This document shows positions 17,301 to 27,575 of a DNA stretch of 64,000 bases, in pieces; within the stretch, counting starts at the first letter, position 1; each line of letters starts with the position of its first letter. This stretch comes from a virus. Under the pieces are notes generated by a model. That model did no database searches, was not told where the DNA came from, and was given only the letters and a program-made list of their open reading frames with translations. The position numbers and the translations under genes are program-made. The stretch lies in IMG/VR virus record IMGVR_UViG_3300020462_000003, positions 10,267 to 74,266 of that record; one strand, 5' to 3'.

Positions 17301-20300
17301 TGCAACGGCTCCCAGACCATAGCCAGTGCAGCGAACCGAGCCAGGTACTCAGAACCCTGCCCCTTCGAATTAAAGACGTGATCCCACTGCTGGGTATTCA
17401 GGGCAGTACGGATGTTCGGGTTACGACGAGCCTCCTCGTACAGGCGAACCAGCTGCTTGCGTGTGCCTTGAGCTTCGGCACTGTCCAGCGTCTCCTGGAA
17501 GGTCAACTGAGCCAGCTCCAAGGCAAAGGTCTCTTGCTCATTCAGGCCAATGCCTGCTGTAGCGGTATCAGCAGAGAATGGCAGGATGCCGAGCACCTTG
17601 GCTTGCATGATCTGCGCGATTGGGTCAGTGGCCTGAGTGCTTTGCATCTGCGCCTTCAGCACGCCAAAAGGACCCTGCAACCGTGACATGACCCCACTCA
17701 CCAGGGCTTGCAGACGTGCAGTCTGATCCTGGCTCATCGGCTTGTTGGCCTGAGCCAATGAATCGAACACCTGCAAGGTATCCATCGCAGCCTGCGACGT
17801 GGCTCGTTGACGCAGGGTCAGTCCTGCCTGCTGGTTGCGGGTCACCCCGGCTTCGTAGAACAAACCAGAGGTATTGGTGATCAGTGCCGTCAGTGCCGAG
17901 GCTGCCTGTTCTTTCTCGGTCTTGCTCGATCCATTGAAGAGAATGCCCACCACCGAATCGATGAACTTACGCATCGCCTTGATCAATCCGTTCGGGCCTT
18001 TACGCTGGCTCTCGAAGGTCATCTTGTTCAGCACATCACGCTGAAAGCCCTGGTTGGTCATGCCCCAGGAAATCAACTCATGGACGTTCTCGATGGCCGG
18101 TGCGTAGTTCTGCTGCAGCTGGGCATCCTTGGCAATAAACGCTTCGGCCTGCACACGCAGCAGTTCCAGATCATCAATCAGATCCAGGGCTTCACTCTCA
18201 TGCTCTGGATTGGCTGTGCGTGCAGCCAGTTCTGCTTCGATGGTCTGAGCCAAGGCACCGTGTACCAGCTCATGCAGCACCAGTTCAGGCGTCAGGTTGC
18301 CTACCTGAGAATCGGTGCTACGCAGGTAAATGGTCGGCGTGCCTCCCTCAGTGGTGAACCAGCCCAGCGAGTTGTCTACATCTTCGCCCTTCAGCTCACT
18401 CTTCGGCGTGTTCGGGGTGACGTAGCGGATCTCCAGTCCAGCATCAACCGTGTTGGCCAACATCTTCAACAGCTTGCGGTTGAGGTTCTGTACCCGTCCT
18501 GCAGGCGTGGCCAGCAGTGCCTGTTCAACCAGACCAAAGACTTCCTTGGCTGGCATCACCGGCTTGGCTTTCAGGGCTGCTTCCAGGGGAGACAGCTCTT
18601 GTGTGTCGTCTTCTTCGACGACCTCTTCCTGAGCCTCTGCGGCCTTGCCGGGTTGCATCCCTTTCGCCTTTTCAGCCAGCAGCTCAGCAGCGGCCTGTAC
18701 CTCGGCAGACAACACCGGCTGCAGGGTTTTGAGTTTGGCCTCGATGGCTTCACGATCCTTATCGGTTACCCGGTACACCCCTTTCTCCAGGGTGTACTGA
18801 TCCAGGGTATCCACTTCCATCAACAGGTTGAGTTTGGCCTGGTCAGCGGCGTAGGCACCATACTTGGCTGCATCCAGTACATGCGGAATCAGCCTATCGA
18901 AAGGCACACCTTCCACATCCTTATCGAACGCCTTCTCTATCTGAACGTGGATCTGTCGCAACGCATCCATGTCGAAGGCATCACCTTCGGTCTCGATACG
19001 TTCAGCCAACGCCAGTACGGTACGTTCCAGAGCCTGGTAGGTCTGTTCGGGAATGGAGTAGTTCAGCAACGCCTCGAAGGTGTGTTTGTTCAGGCTGTTG
19101 GCACCCTTGACCATATCTTTGAGTGCCAGCCCCAGAGCGTCATGCACGTTCAAGGCTTCGACCTGTGCGTAGCTGCTCATGGCAATGAAGCTATCCGTAC
19201 TCTGTACGCTTTTAGCCATACCACTGACGCCAGGGTCCTTCATCATTTCGGTCATGGCACGCACCTGCATGCGCGGACGACCATTGAAGGCAATCTGCGA
19301 GGAGTAGCGTGGATCACTGTTCAAGTGTCGCTCGGACTGGGTAGCGAAGACTGCGCCTTCTGTACTGCCTGTCTGAGAGCTGGCCGTATGCAGGCGAGGC
19401 TCGAAGGCTTTCACCCGCTCACGTAACACCTTGGTCTGCTCTGCCGTCAGGTCATGCAGCGGAACACGCACTTCATCCTTATTGCGCTTGAAGGCCATCA
19501 GCCCTGCATCCATCAGCTCCTCTTCGTAGCGGCCACGTTCCAGTGCGTACATCTGGTCGTAGATGGCATACGCCGCCTGCAACGTGTTGTTGATCTGGGT
19601 ACGTGCCGCCATGAAGTCGCCAAGGTTCTCTTGCAGAGATACACGGGTGGCCTTGCCCAGCGAAACCTGGAAAGCACCCTTGAACAGGCTGGCTTGCTTG
19701 TCGGAGAACTCCCACTCCATCCCCTGCTCCAGGGTCATGGTTTCAGGGAGCAGCTGTGATTCCAGGAAGTACTTCTGCTTGCTGCTCATCTTCTTGCCCT
19801 TGGACATGCCCAGGGTCAGCAGCGCATTGATATCCCGAACAATCTGCTCCATCGAGTCAGGGGTCTTGTTCTTCTTGGCAGCCAAGGACTCCATTCGCGC
19901 ATAGACCCGATCCAGGGTCTCTTCCGCCATGGCATCCAGTGCGGTGAACACCGATGAGCCGTACATCAGCCCCGTCAAAGGGGTCTTGACCAGGTTACGC
20001 GCATCCTTGCTCACCGAGCCGTCTTCTGCCCGCAGTACGCCAGTAAACCGGTACAGGGCATCGATACCCCCTAGGCCTATGCTGTAGTCGCGATCAGACC
20101 ATTCTTTAGTGATCTCCTGCATGGAGAACGTCATGTCACTGGCCAGAGTCTGGTACAGGTCAAGATTGCCCAAGGCCTTCCAGGCACCAAAGCCCTTCTC
20201 GTCCATCGACTTCAGCATGAAGCCCCCTTTGGGAGCCAGGTTCTGCGTCATGGCACCGAGCAACCACAGGCTCAGCATCGGGCCGTTGGTCTTGCCGTCC

Positions 20301-23300
20301 ACCTCACCCATCATGTGGGAAGTGAATACCTGCTTACCGGACTCCTTGGCTTGCAGGTAATCGGCCAGACCCAGCAAGGCATCGAAGCTGTGCATCTTCT
20401 CCTTGCCCTTGAGTACACCTGCCAGGATGGCTTCCTGACTTTCAGGCGTTACCGTCTCATTCCAGATTAGGTCACGGATGGCCTGAGCAGCCGCCCGATA
20501 AGTAGGATCGTTCTCGATCGATTCCCACTTGGCCAGGGTGGCTTCGTCACTTTGCTCGTCGGACTTGATGCCCAGGCCTTCCATTACCCGCAGCTGGAAG
20601 TTGATCAGCGATGTGTCGCCTGCACCCTTGCCCATGGATACGTTGGATACCCAACCACCCATGCGGGTGACGAAGCGATGCACCTTACTGGTCTGAGGGT
20701 TGATGCCGTTTTCCTTGAGCATCACACGCTGGTTATTGGACGTGGTAGGCGTCAGATGAAACGGTACATCCAGGGACGCATCGAGCTTGGAGATCTGCTG
20801 GAAGAACTCCATCAGGTGAGCAATCTCACGACGCAGGCCATCGTTCTTCGCTTCCTGGCTCTTGCGGTGAGCCTTGTGAACCTTCGTCTCGTCTACCAAC
20901 ACCACACCTGCGACCTGCTCGAAGACCTCCGGATTGAGTAGGGTCACCACCTGCATGGAATCCGCACGCAGGTAACTGGTTCGCTTGGCGACCTTTTTCA
21001 GGATCTTCCATTGCAGGTCAGGAGTTTTCTGCAGTCCTTTTACATGCGTCTCCGGACGCATCTTCGGTGCGGTGAGTGCGGGAAATTGCACAGCCGACTC
21101 CACCCCGAAGACCTTGTTGAAGGCGCCTTCTGTCTGACGGGCCGACTCAACAATCGACTGAGCTTGCTGGTTCAACTCACCATTTTTCGTAACCAGTCGA
21201 ATGAAGACGTGGTTGCCTGCGTTGTACTCTCGCTTGTCACGGGAAGCATCAACGACAGCTTTATCGGAGACAGTGGATGCTTCAACAATACCCTGCTCTT
21301 CCAGCATGGCCAGCGTGTGAGCACCCAAGGCGATGCGCAGCCGATCATGGCTGTCACTAGGCGCATCTTTCTTCAGACGCAGCCCAAGCGCCTGTATAGC
21401 CATGTCACCCAGTCGATTAACCACCAGGTTACGGGTGGTGCCTACATCCGAGAGCAGGCGCATCAATGCAGGTGGGACAGCCAGATCCTGTTTACGCCCG
21501 ATCTTGGCATTGACGGCTTCTTCGTTATCCAGACGGGGCTTGCCGGAGGCTTCCAGAATCCAGCCATAGGCCGATACCGACAGGGCCGTGGCAATGTTCT
21601 CTTCCAGGTTCAGGTCATCGTCGTGCAGGAACTGCATGAAGTCGTAGGCGAAGGATTCGGTAAGGATCTTTCCTTCCTTGTTCTTCATGCGCTTGAGCTG
21701 GCCCTGAAGAGTGTCCTGCCAGGCTTCGGCTGCAACCACGAAGCGGTTCAGCAAACCATGCTGCTCATCGGTCAGGTCACTGTCGATGAACGACTGGAAC
21801 TTCGCCTTCCCAGACTTGATCTTGCTCATGAAGTCGGTGACCGAAGTCAGTGGCTTCTTGGCATGACGCACCTGCTCGAAGTCTTCGGCAACACGGTTCT
21901 GTGTGAGGTAGTTGGCTGCTTCAAAGGGTTTGCCCGAGGCTTCGGCAAACAGCTTCAGACGCCCATCCACCACCGCCTCTTCAAATAGATCCGGCTGAAC
22001 ATCGTCCTGCTTGTCTGCCAACCCTTCCATCCACTGCAGGATGCCTGCTGCTTCTTCAGCAGCCAGATCCTGATCGGCGGCCAGCTCATCGATCTTGGCG
22101 TCCATGCGTTGCACGAACTCAGGGGAAGCCAGTCGAGCAATACGCGCACGCACAGGGGCAAAGGCTTCACGGATACTGTTCTCGTTGAACATGTCCGTGT
22201 AGAGGTTTTCAGCCGCAGTCTCGCCGTCGTCATCCAGCTCCTGCGGATTGGCATCCAGTAGCTTCTGGCCTTCAAGCAGACGCTCACGCGCATCCAAGTC
22301 GCTGACACGAGCAGCCTGCTCTACGAAATTGGCAGGCACATTTGCTTCAACTTCCTCGGCTACAGATGCAGGGTCCTGAACAGGTTCACTGGTTGGTTGG
22401 GGAATCTCTTGAGGGGCTTCCGCCACCGTAGCTTGAGCAGGTTCGGCAACCGGCTTGGCGATCTCCTGCCGGGGAGTTTCTGCCACAGTTACAGGCTCAG
22501 TCGGTGCAACAACAGCGGGAGCCTGCTTTACTGACGAGGTACGCAGCTTGTACAGCGACTTCATCTCATTCAGCAGCGACTTCAGTGCAGCCGCTTCCTT
22601 ACGGACTTCGTTGATACGGCCTGCCGATGCACGGGTGACTGTGAATCCACCGGCCTCTTTCATAGCCTTCATGCTCAAGGGTTGCGTGACGGGTCCCCAG
22701 TTACCTTCGGCATCCGGCACCACCTGCACACTGCCACCCTTCTTCTGGATGGCATCCAAGGCACTCTTCAGTGCGGTCACCTTCTTGATGTGACTCGCCG
22801 CAAAGTTCTGCAGATCCTTGATCTCTCGACGGGCCGTCACTTCATCCGGTGTAGTGGCGTTCAGGGCAGAAGTGATCCAGGAACGGTACTGCTTCATTCC
22901 CTTGTTCTTGTCCGAACCCAGACGGATCTCGTCGCTCACGGCACCGAAGTCCTTGAGCTGGTTTTCCGCTACACGACTGGCTGACAGGAATCGCAGATGC
23001 TTACGCTGTGCGTCATCCAGTTTGATGGACGGCGAATTAATCAGGTAATCCAGGGTGCTATCGGTCAGCGCCTCAGGGTTACGCATGGACAAGGTGAACG
23101 ACTCGGCAACCGCTTTCTCCAGCACAGTCGGTTCAACAGTATCGGGTGTTTCGATGGCTTGTTTGATAGTGGCCTGAGCGGTCTCAGCTACCTTGCCGGT
23201 TACACGCTGCTCGAACTTACGGGCCGTCTCCAACTGGGTTTCCAGCGTCTCGACCGCAGTCTTGGCACGCTTACGAGAATCTGCATCCGAACGCACGGCA

Positions 23301-25108
23301 ACACGCTTCTCCAGAGCGGTGATGTACTGGGTGTACTCAGCCACCGTTTCCGTGTCAGCAGGGTCTACGGCCGCCAGTTCGGTCTTGCGCTGATCCAGCT
23401 CTGCCTGCATCTCCTGCACCCGTTCAGGGGCGTACTCAGCCAGCGTCGCCTTCTTCTTGTCCAGGGATGCCTGCATATCCCCGACCAGGGATACCAGTTC
23501 CTGACTCTTGGCTTCCTTTTGTTCTGGAGCCAGATCAGCCTTCTCGATGTGACGCATCAGTGCCCGAGCACCCAGCACGGGGTTGTAGGTAGCCGACTCA
23601 GGGTTGACCAGCGCCTCTACGTCACCTGTTTCAGCCGCCTTGTCTGCTGCTTTCTGGGCGTCGTCGTAGCGGGCCAAGGCTTCTTTCTGCTCACGGCTGG
23701 CACCGCCCATGACCGAACCCATGGCAGTACCGGTGACCAGACCCATGGCAGCCGCATTACCTACACCTTCATCGTAGGGACGGTCCAACGCCAGGTTCTG
23801 CAGCACCTGCTCGCCTGAGGATTGGACAGCTTCCTCACCCCCCTCCAGACCTGCAGCGCCTACTGTGCGGGGCACTACCGGTTTGGTGGATGTGCCCAGT
23901 GCGCCTTTAACCAGAGCTTCATCCACGTCACCCAAGCCTGCCTTGTTGGCCAGGCCACCACTGAGACGATTGACCAGCGAACCCATGACGCCTGTACCAC
24001 CGGCAGCAGCAGTCTGCTTGAGTGACAGCAAGCCATCAGCGGTCTGCTGACGGATACCCTCAGCTGCACTGCCTGCCATGACCAGGCCTTCGCCTGCTGC
24101 AGCTGCTACCTTGCTGCCTGCACCTAAGGCCTGCAAACCACGGCCAAACAAACCACCTGCCAGCATGGAGGGGATGGATTCACCCACAGCATGAGGAACA
24201 ACACTGGGGTTGGCTGCGATCTCTTCCATCGTGTCCCAGAAGCCTTCGGCCTGACCGACGTTTTCGTCGGCATACCGCTGTTCCCAAGTCTTCAGGGTGT
24301 CGAGGAATTCACGAGCCTCCTCAGGACGGAAACCGGCTTCTTCGAGCGTCTTGCCTGCATGGCCACCCGACACAATGTCAGCCAGACCCACGGCCATCTC
24401 GGGAACGCTCACAGCACCCTTGACCGCAGTGACAGTACCGTCCTGCGTGGCACGGCGCATCAGACTATTGGTTCGCTCTTCCGTCTCCCCCATACCGGCC
24501 AGCGAATCCCAGTTGGATAGCTGATCGATCTTCTCGGAGAAGCCCCGAGCCTTCAGGGCACGTTCCAGTCGATCCAGGTTAGCGGCACCTTCCCTCGCTG
24601 GCATCTGGGCAGACCCGAACGTCATCTCACGCTGGGACAGCAGATCCATATCGGCATCGGTAGCCTGGTTGGTGCGGTAACGGCCATAGGCTTCTTTGGC
24701 AGCAGCATCCACCGAGGCTTCCTCGGCAAAGGCGTACGCATCCAACGGAGCCTGCAGGACATTACCCCCCAGAGCAGCGGCATCCTTGGCGAAGGACGCC
24801 AACTGGTTGATCACCATGCCTGGATATCCCTCATGATCCAGACCCAACTTACTCACAACACTGTTGGCGTTGGCTTCATCAATGCGACCTTGCCGTTCAC
24901 GAAACCGACGATTACCGTCGATGATCGATGCCGTACGGGTAGCCTCACGCGCTGCCAATGAATTAGGTATCGGCTCCTGGTCCTTCAGCGCACCCAGTAC
25001 TTGACGCTTTAATTCAGTTGCTTGCGCCAGCTTTTCCTTTTTAAGTTCGGTCAAGGAGATAGAGCGTAGTTCTTCTGGGAGTTCTGGAAGTTCTGGGAGC
25101 TGAGCCAT
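14360..25108 (-). CDS. virion-encapsidated RNA polymerase (N4 gp50-like vRNAP)
   Basis: 3582 aa; T7-like motifs EVDGKTNG, RNLVKTPLTGLMYGS, NVHDA; apparently Cys-free. Confidence 0.95.
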   Translation of the reverse strand: MAQLPELPELPEELRSISLTELKKEKLAQATELKRQVLGALKDQEPIPNSLAAREATRTASIIDGNRRFRERQGRIDEANANSVVSKLGLDHEGYPGMVINQLASFAKDAAALGGNVLQAPLDAYAFAEEASVDAAAKEAYGRYRTNQATDADMDLLSQREMTFGSAQMPAREGAANLDRLERALKARGFSEKIDQLSNWDSLAGMGETEERTNSLMRRATQDGTVTAVKGAVSVPEMAVGLADIVSGGHAGKTLEEAGFRPEEAREFLDTLKTWEQRYADENVGQAEGFWDTMEEIAANPSVVPHAVGESIPSMLAGGLFGRGLQALGAGSKVAAAAGEGLVMAGSAAEGIRQQTADGLLSLKQTAAAGGTGVMGSLVNRLSGGLANKAGLGDVDEALVKGALGTSTKPVVPRTVGAAGLEGGEEAVQSSGEQVLQNLALDRPYDEGVGNAAAMGLVTGTAMGSVMGGASREQKEALARYDDAQKAADKAAETGDVEALVNPESATYNPVLGARALMRHIEKADLAPEQKEAKSQELVSLVGDMQASLDKKKATLAEYAPERVQEMQAELDQRKTELAAVDPADTETVAEYTQYITALEKRVAVRSDADSRKRAKTAVETLETQLETARKFEQRVTGKVAETAQATIKQAIETPDTVEPTVLEKAVAESFTLSMRNPEALTDSTLDYLINSPSIKLDDAQRKHLRFLSASRVAENQLKDFGAVSDEIRLGSDKNKGMKQYRSWITSALNATTPDEVTARREIKDLQNFAASHIKKVTALKSALDAIQKKGGSVQVVPDAEGNWGPVTQPLSMKAMKEAGGFTVTRASAGRINEVRKEAAALKSLLNEMKSLYKLRTSSVKQAPAVVAPTEPVTVAETPRQEIAKPVAEPAQATVAEAPQEIPQPTSEPVQDPASVAEEVEANVPANFVEQAARVSDLDARERLLEGQKLLDANPQELDDDGETAAENLYTDMFNENSIREAFAPVRARIARLASPEFVQRMDAKIDELAADQDLAAEEAAGILQWMEGLADKQDDVQPDLFEEAVVDGRLKLFAEASGKPFEAANYLTQNRVAEDFEQVRHAKKPLTSVTDFMSKIKSGKAKFQSFIDSDLTDEQHGLLNRFVVAAEAWQDTLQGQLKRMKNKEGKILTESFAYDFMQFLHDDDLNLEENIATALSVSAYGWILEASGKPRLDNEEAVNAKIGRKQDLAVPPALMRLLSDVGTTRNLVVNRLGDMAIQALGLRLKKDAPSDSHDRLRIALGAHTLAMLEEQGIVEASTVSDKAVVDASRDKREYNAGNHVFIRLVTKNGELNQQAQSIVESARQTEGAFNKVFGVESAVQFPALTAPKMRPETHVKGLQKTPDLQWKILKKVAKRTSYLRADSMQVVTLLNPEVFEQVAGVVLVDETKVHKAHRKSQEAKNDGLRREIAHLMEFFQQISKLDASLDVPFHLTPTTSNNQRVMLKENGINPQTSKVHRFVTRMGGWVSNVSMGKGAGDTSLINFQLRVMEGLGIKSDEQSDEATLAKWESIENDPTYRAAAQAIRDLIWNETVTPESQEAILAGVLKGKEKMHSFDALLGLADYLQAKESGKQVFTSHMMGEVDGKTNGPMLSLWLLGAMTQNLAPKGGFMLKSMDEKGFGAWKALGNLDLYQTLASDMTFSMQEITKEWSDRDYSIGLGGIDALYRFTGVLRAEDGSVSKDARNLVKTPLTGLMYGSSVFTALDAMAEETLDRVYARMESLAAKKNKTPDSMEQIVRDINALLTLGMSKGKKMSSKQKYFLESQLLPETMTLEQGMEWEFSDKQASLFKGAFQVSLGKATRVSLQENLGDFMAARTQINNTLQAAYAIYDQMYALERGRYEEELMDAGLMAFKRNKDEVRVPLHDLTAEQTKVLRERVKAFEPRLHTASSQTGSTEGAVFATQSERHLNSDPRYSSQIAFNGRPRMQVRAMTEMMKDPGVSGMAKSVQSTDSFIAMSSYAQVEALNVHDALGLALKDMVKGANSLNKHTFEALLNYSIPEQTYQALERTVLALAERIETEGDAFDMDALRQIHVQIEKAFDKDVEGVPFDRLIPHVLDAAKYGAYAADQAKLNLLMEVDTLDQYTLEKGVYRVTDKDREAIEAKLKTLQPVLSAEVQAAAELLAEKAKGMQPGKAAEAQEEVVEEDDTQELSPLEAALKAKPVMPAKEVFGLVEQALLATPAGRVQNLNRKLLKMLANTVDAGLEIRYVTPNTPKSELKGEDVDNSLGWFTTEGGTPTIYLRSTDSQVGNLTPELVLHELVHGALAQTIEAELAARTANPEHESEALDLIDDLELLRVQAEAFIAKDAQLQQNYAPAIENVHELISWGMTNQGFQRDVLNKMTFESQRKGPNGLIKAMRKFIDSVVGILFNGSSKTEKEQAASALTALITNTSGLFYEAGVTRNQQAGLTLRQRATSQAAMDTLQVFDSLAQANKPMSQDQTARLQALVSGVMSRLQGPFGVLKAQMQSTQATDPIAQIMQAKVLGILPFSADTATAGIGLNEQETFALELAQLTFQETLDSAEAQGTRKQLVRLYEEARRNPNIRTALNTQQWDHVFNSKGQGSEYLARFAALAMVWEPLHDQMSFETDKDTRKVSQMKLGERIQWLWEQLLDALQHRLFKVYSGQQADEKLSVLARRLVDLEYRKQNRRTGPVGAAREQLEDALDGVSTKAKQQVLRVLESPMLDQHKNAFVRAASSIAAASVDDQVGQLVDAGKVLRDRLYQGKLGLMAGVINEMREGNKVADLLLLSTKFLETVRMKIKTDFAKMSLDSFAENGEYLTQRMKDAVTKVALRTDMQSLLGPFDSAGLLDLMTDKAARDKAIAQYEAQLSGPFKDAYIQGVKQLAYRMAVKVKGYNTQQNALGIALRLNTPDSTKVSLEEGREIAKVLDPLVSLYALEYTDANQRMQAAQVMRKELERDDKGNGIEVILKLHRHMQKESAEKLFKDSELLMMKGYLPEVYNPHTEIITAPASEVARMVAQGYEVVGPLEQDDTDVVLKDLVLLRLTDRGLPNRQTGVVTYTGQHHKGTEVHAPLYSRNGYVDKHAARINRAITRAVQAQPIDPNYDPRKDSKVYMAPVINAVGEAAGYRYLMSEQMKDQLLERNNSFDLLLGALESNIFDKSNVTQQNRKAFEALKDQYDQEYTKNPDAYITFGPDSKDASIRETWRILPPASKQALRDVWGSDNLMVRNDIYDQTFGYSAYSLSKIMELDEAQRNFSEDMFFKMTDLMVRWQLKREGHTGVDLEDRAKRAALMIRRGEDRWMEVIRVVKDILVVKTGMTLLWNVVSNYTQLWLSGVPVVDIAKNSWVALQGVLDYRKDESELSALQAQLASGAVVGDVREMQQKILRLENTLAKSPVRSLIEAGLLSSIVEDVDTADSDYSYKSRWVKSLEQHADRVPDALKSVAKVAFVTHDTALYRVLSQGTQVSDFVARYTLYQQLISRKKNPLSHEDAVLKVSRAFVNYDKPSHQLLDYANRMGLVYFTKYYLRIQHVIMDLMKENPARALMLLAFDGYLDGAQTLIDSAAVNQFGNPLDIGAFKMLDAWDETLPIQAISSLIK

Positions 25109-25119
25109 TACTTATCCTG

Positions 25120-26469
25120 TTACTTAGAGGAAGGCTTTAATGCGTTGCGTATCTTATACCGATCCATGAGTTCCTGGTTCGCAGTATCACGCGCTTTTTG
25201 CGCTTTACTCAGTTGATCTTGATAACTCATGTACTGCACGTACTCGTTATAGACTTTTGGCAAGACTCGTTTGACGTCAGCATCATCAAAGCTGTCATCC
25301 CCTATCCACGCCTCATCAATACCCGCCATCTTTGCGGCAGCCAGAATGACAGGCCCCAAGTTGGCGTCTTTTGGAATATTCAGATCCTTGTTACTACGCA
25401 GTTCCTTCACCAAGTCTTGGAATTGCTTAGACGTGTTGTCCTCTTCCTTAGGCGTCAGTTTAGAGACTTGAGCAATTGCCTCGCTTTCCGACACGTTATC
25501 GTTGACGGCCTGAGAGAACACTGGCTGACTGTCCACATACTTCTGTGCAACAGCAACTTCCGATTCATAAGGGGTCAGTGCCTTAACACGCTCCTCATCC
25601 TGTTCCGGTGTCAGGCCAGTCAACTGACCGTAGCTGCTGGATACCTTCGAGAGCACATTGTTCAGCAAGCCAACAGGGGCGTTACCCAAGTTCTGTGAAA
25701 CAGCACTGCGAACATCAGCCAGCGAACCTCCGTTCTGCATCACCTGATTGGCCGCTATCTCAGCGTTACGCTCATCAAGTGCCCATTGGTGCTGATCTCC
25801 GGTGATGGTCCGACGTTGAGCAGAGTTAGCCTCCATATCCGCCACACGACGCCCTTCAAATCCAAGGCGTGTTCGGGCATTACCGATCTGTTCTACCGTC
25901 TGATGATCGCCCAGTAGTGACCTGCGAATATCTACTAGCCCTTGAGCTGCAGTCGCTTGACCGCGAGTACTCAAGCCTGACTGCCCTAGTTTTTTCTCCA
26001 ACAGATTGAGTTGTGCTTCAACCTGCTTAGGGTCCCCAATATCAATCTGCCTGGCTTCAGCCAGTAGACCATTCAAGATCGGGGCGTCGGAGTTATCCTG
26101 GGCCTGGTTGTTGTAAGCCATCTGATTGGTAGCCTGCTGACGCAGGAAATCCCCTCGGGTATCCAAGGCATTCCGCACAGCCGAACGATCGATCTGAGCA
26201 CCGTACTGGGCACGATCCTGGTCCAGCTGACCGGATGCCTGCAGAGCGGCCATCTCTTCAGGCGTACGGACCTGGCTCAGCCGATCGAGAAAGGCTTGAG
26301 TGTTCTGCTCCTTACCGGAATCCCAGTTGGCTTTCTCCTGGGTCTGGTACTGGGCGAGCACATCCTTCAAACCATCGAACCCGCTGTTCAGTGACCGGCC
26401 TGCCTGATTAAACAGACTGACTGCGCCCCCAGCATTGGGAGCGTCCACATTGCGCCAAGTGATCGCCAT
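25120..26469 (-). CDS. internal virion/ejection protein (N4 gp51-like)
   Basis: MAITWRNV N-terminus; synteny directly upstream of vRNAP. Confidence 0.7.
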   Translation of the reverse strand: MAITWRNVDAPNAGGAVSLFNQAGRSLNSGFDGLKDVLAQYQTQEKANWDSGKEQNTQAFLDRLSQVRTPEEMAALQASGQLDQDRAQYGAQIDRSAVRNALDTRGDFLRQQATNQMAYNNQAQDNSDAPILNGLLAEARQIDIGDPKQVEAQLNLLEKKLGQSGLSTRGQATAAQGLVDIRRSLLGDHQTVEQIGNARTRLGFEGRRVADMEANSAQRRTITGDQHQWALDERNAEIAANQVMQNGGSLADVRSAVSQNLGNAPVGLLNNVLSKVSSSYGQLTGLTPEQDEERVKALTPYESEVAVAQKYVDSQPVFSQAVNDNVSESEAIAQVSKLTPKEEDNTSKQFQDLVKELRSNKDLNIPKDANLGPVILAAAKMAGIDEAWIGDDSFDDADVKRVLPKVYNEYVQYMSYQDQLSKAQKARDTANQELMDRYKIRNALKPSSK

Positions 26470-26472
26470 TGT

Positions 26473-26958
26473 TTAGATCCCATTCTTGTTCATGTAATCA
26501 CCTACCGATTGGTAAGCACCGGAGTTCGCAGCCACACGCGCACGTTGACGATCTTCCAACTGAGCGTTGGTAAGTTTGCGTTGCGCCTCGTAGTTGGTAT
26601 TGAACTGTCGCTTGTTTTCTTTAAGCGCGTCTTTAGCCAGACCGTACTGCTTCATACCCATCCAGGCATTACCCAGTCCTTGAGCCGCACCCAGTGCCAA
26701 GCCGCCCCAGCCTTGTTGCTGAGCGCCTGTAGCCTGATTGGTGTAACCCAACATGGATTGCATGAGAGTTGGGTTCATTACTGCAGTGGTAGGTTGGGCA
26801 GTCGCAGTCGCTGCACTTCCTCCAGCCAATGCTGCATCTAATCCAGCGAGAGGATTAGTGTTATTGGCGACAGGTGAATACCCTCCTACCTGCCCATAGT
26901 TTTGTTGGGGCTGACCTATACCTTGAAAGGCACCGGTAATGTTATCGAAGATGCCCAT
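26473..26958 (-). CDS. internal virion/ejection protein (N4 gp52-like)
   Basis: Gly/Gln-rich; QFNTNYEAQRKLTNAQLEDRQRAR; synteny. Confidence 0.75.
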   Translation of the reverse strand: MGIFDNITGAFQGIGQPQQNYGQVGGYSPVANNTNPLAGLDAALAGGSAATATAQPTTAVMNPTLMQSMLGYTNQATGAQQQGWGGLALGAAQGLGNAWMGMKQYGLAKDALKENKRQFNTNYEAQRKLTNAQLEDRQRARVAANSGAYQSVGDYMNKNGI

Positions 26959-27018
26959 GTCTTAACTCCAGTAGGGACGGAAACACTTGGTAGTGTAGAG
27001 ACAATCATTAAATACGGC

Positions 27019-27045
27019 CAAAAAGAAAGGCTCCCGAAGGAGCCT
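27019..27045 (-). terminator. intrinsic terminator after the lipoprotein gene
   Basis: Minus strand: ggctcc ttcg ggagcc ctttcttttt. Confidence 0.75.
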
Positions 27046-27069
27046 GTCTGTATGACGAAGGGCGTCTTG

Positions 27070-27510
27070 TTAGTTGCACATGGTCACTCCGCCCACAGTG
27101 TTGCAGTAGATGGGCCGAGAGTTATTTATGCCATTCAGTGTGTTCTGGAGTGCTTGTTCACTTCTTTGCACCCCTAGATTGTGTTGATCGATCCTTCCTT
27201 TTTCACCCATTATTTGCGAAGCCACTTGGTTACATACAGCCTTGGGTACATCTGGTGTTATTGCTGCTACCTGACTGACTTCTTTGTTCAATTGGTCAGG
27301 AAAGTAGGAGTACTTACCCAACTCTGCCTGCAGGTACTGCTTACCTAAGGCCCCTGTTGCGGGGTCCATTGCTCCGGATTCGATACACCGGTTGATGCCT
27401 ACCCAGCCTTTGGCAAAAGCCGTATACCGTTGTGAGTCCATTGAAGGGGTTGCTTGTGAGGCGCACCCTGCCAACAGCACTGCCCCTACTATCACCGTAA
27501 TCAATTGCAT
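27070..27510 (-). CDS. putative lipoprotein
   Basis: Hydrophobic signal peptide with lipobox LLAG-C. Confidence 0.75.
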   Translation of the reverse strand: MQLITVIVGAVLLAGCASQATPSMDSQRYTAFAKGWVGINRCIESGAMDPATGALGKQYLQAELGKYSYFPDQLNKEVSQVAAITPDVPKAVCNQVASQIMGEKGRIDQHNLGVQRSEQALQNTLNGINNSRPIYCNTVGGVTMCN

Positions 27511-27575
27511 GCCGTTGCTCTCCCTGGCTATTCAGACACTAGCGTACCTGAATGCCAGCAGATGGCCACCCCCTG

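Noticed and set aside
14913-24524. Many long plus-strand ORFs antisense to vRNAP (e.g. 17807-19426, 21011-21988), and similar ORFs opposite capsid, nrdAB and rIIA
   Set aside because: Shadow ORFs caused by codon bias of the real genes; no SDs or recognisable motifs.
25068-25104. LPE tandem repeat at the vRNAP N-terminus
   Set aside because: Short low-complexity coding repeat with no evidence of separate function.
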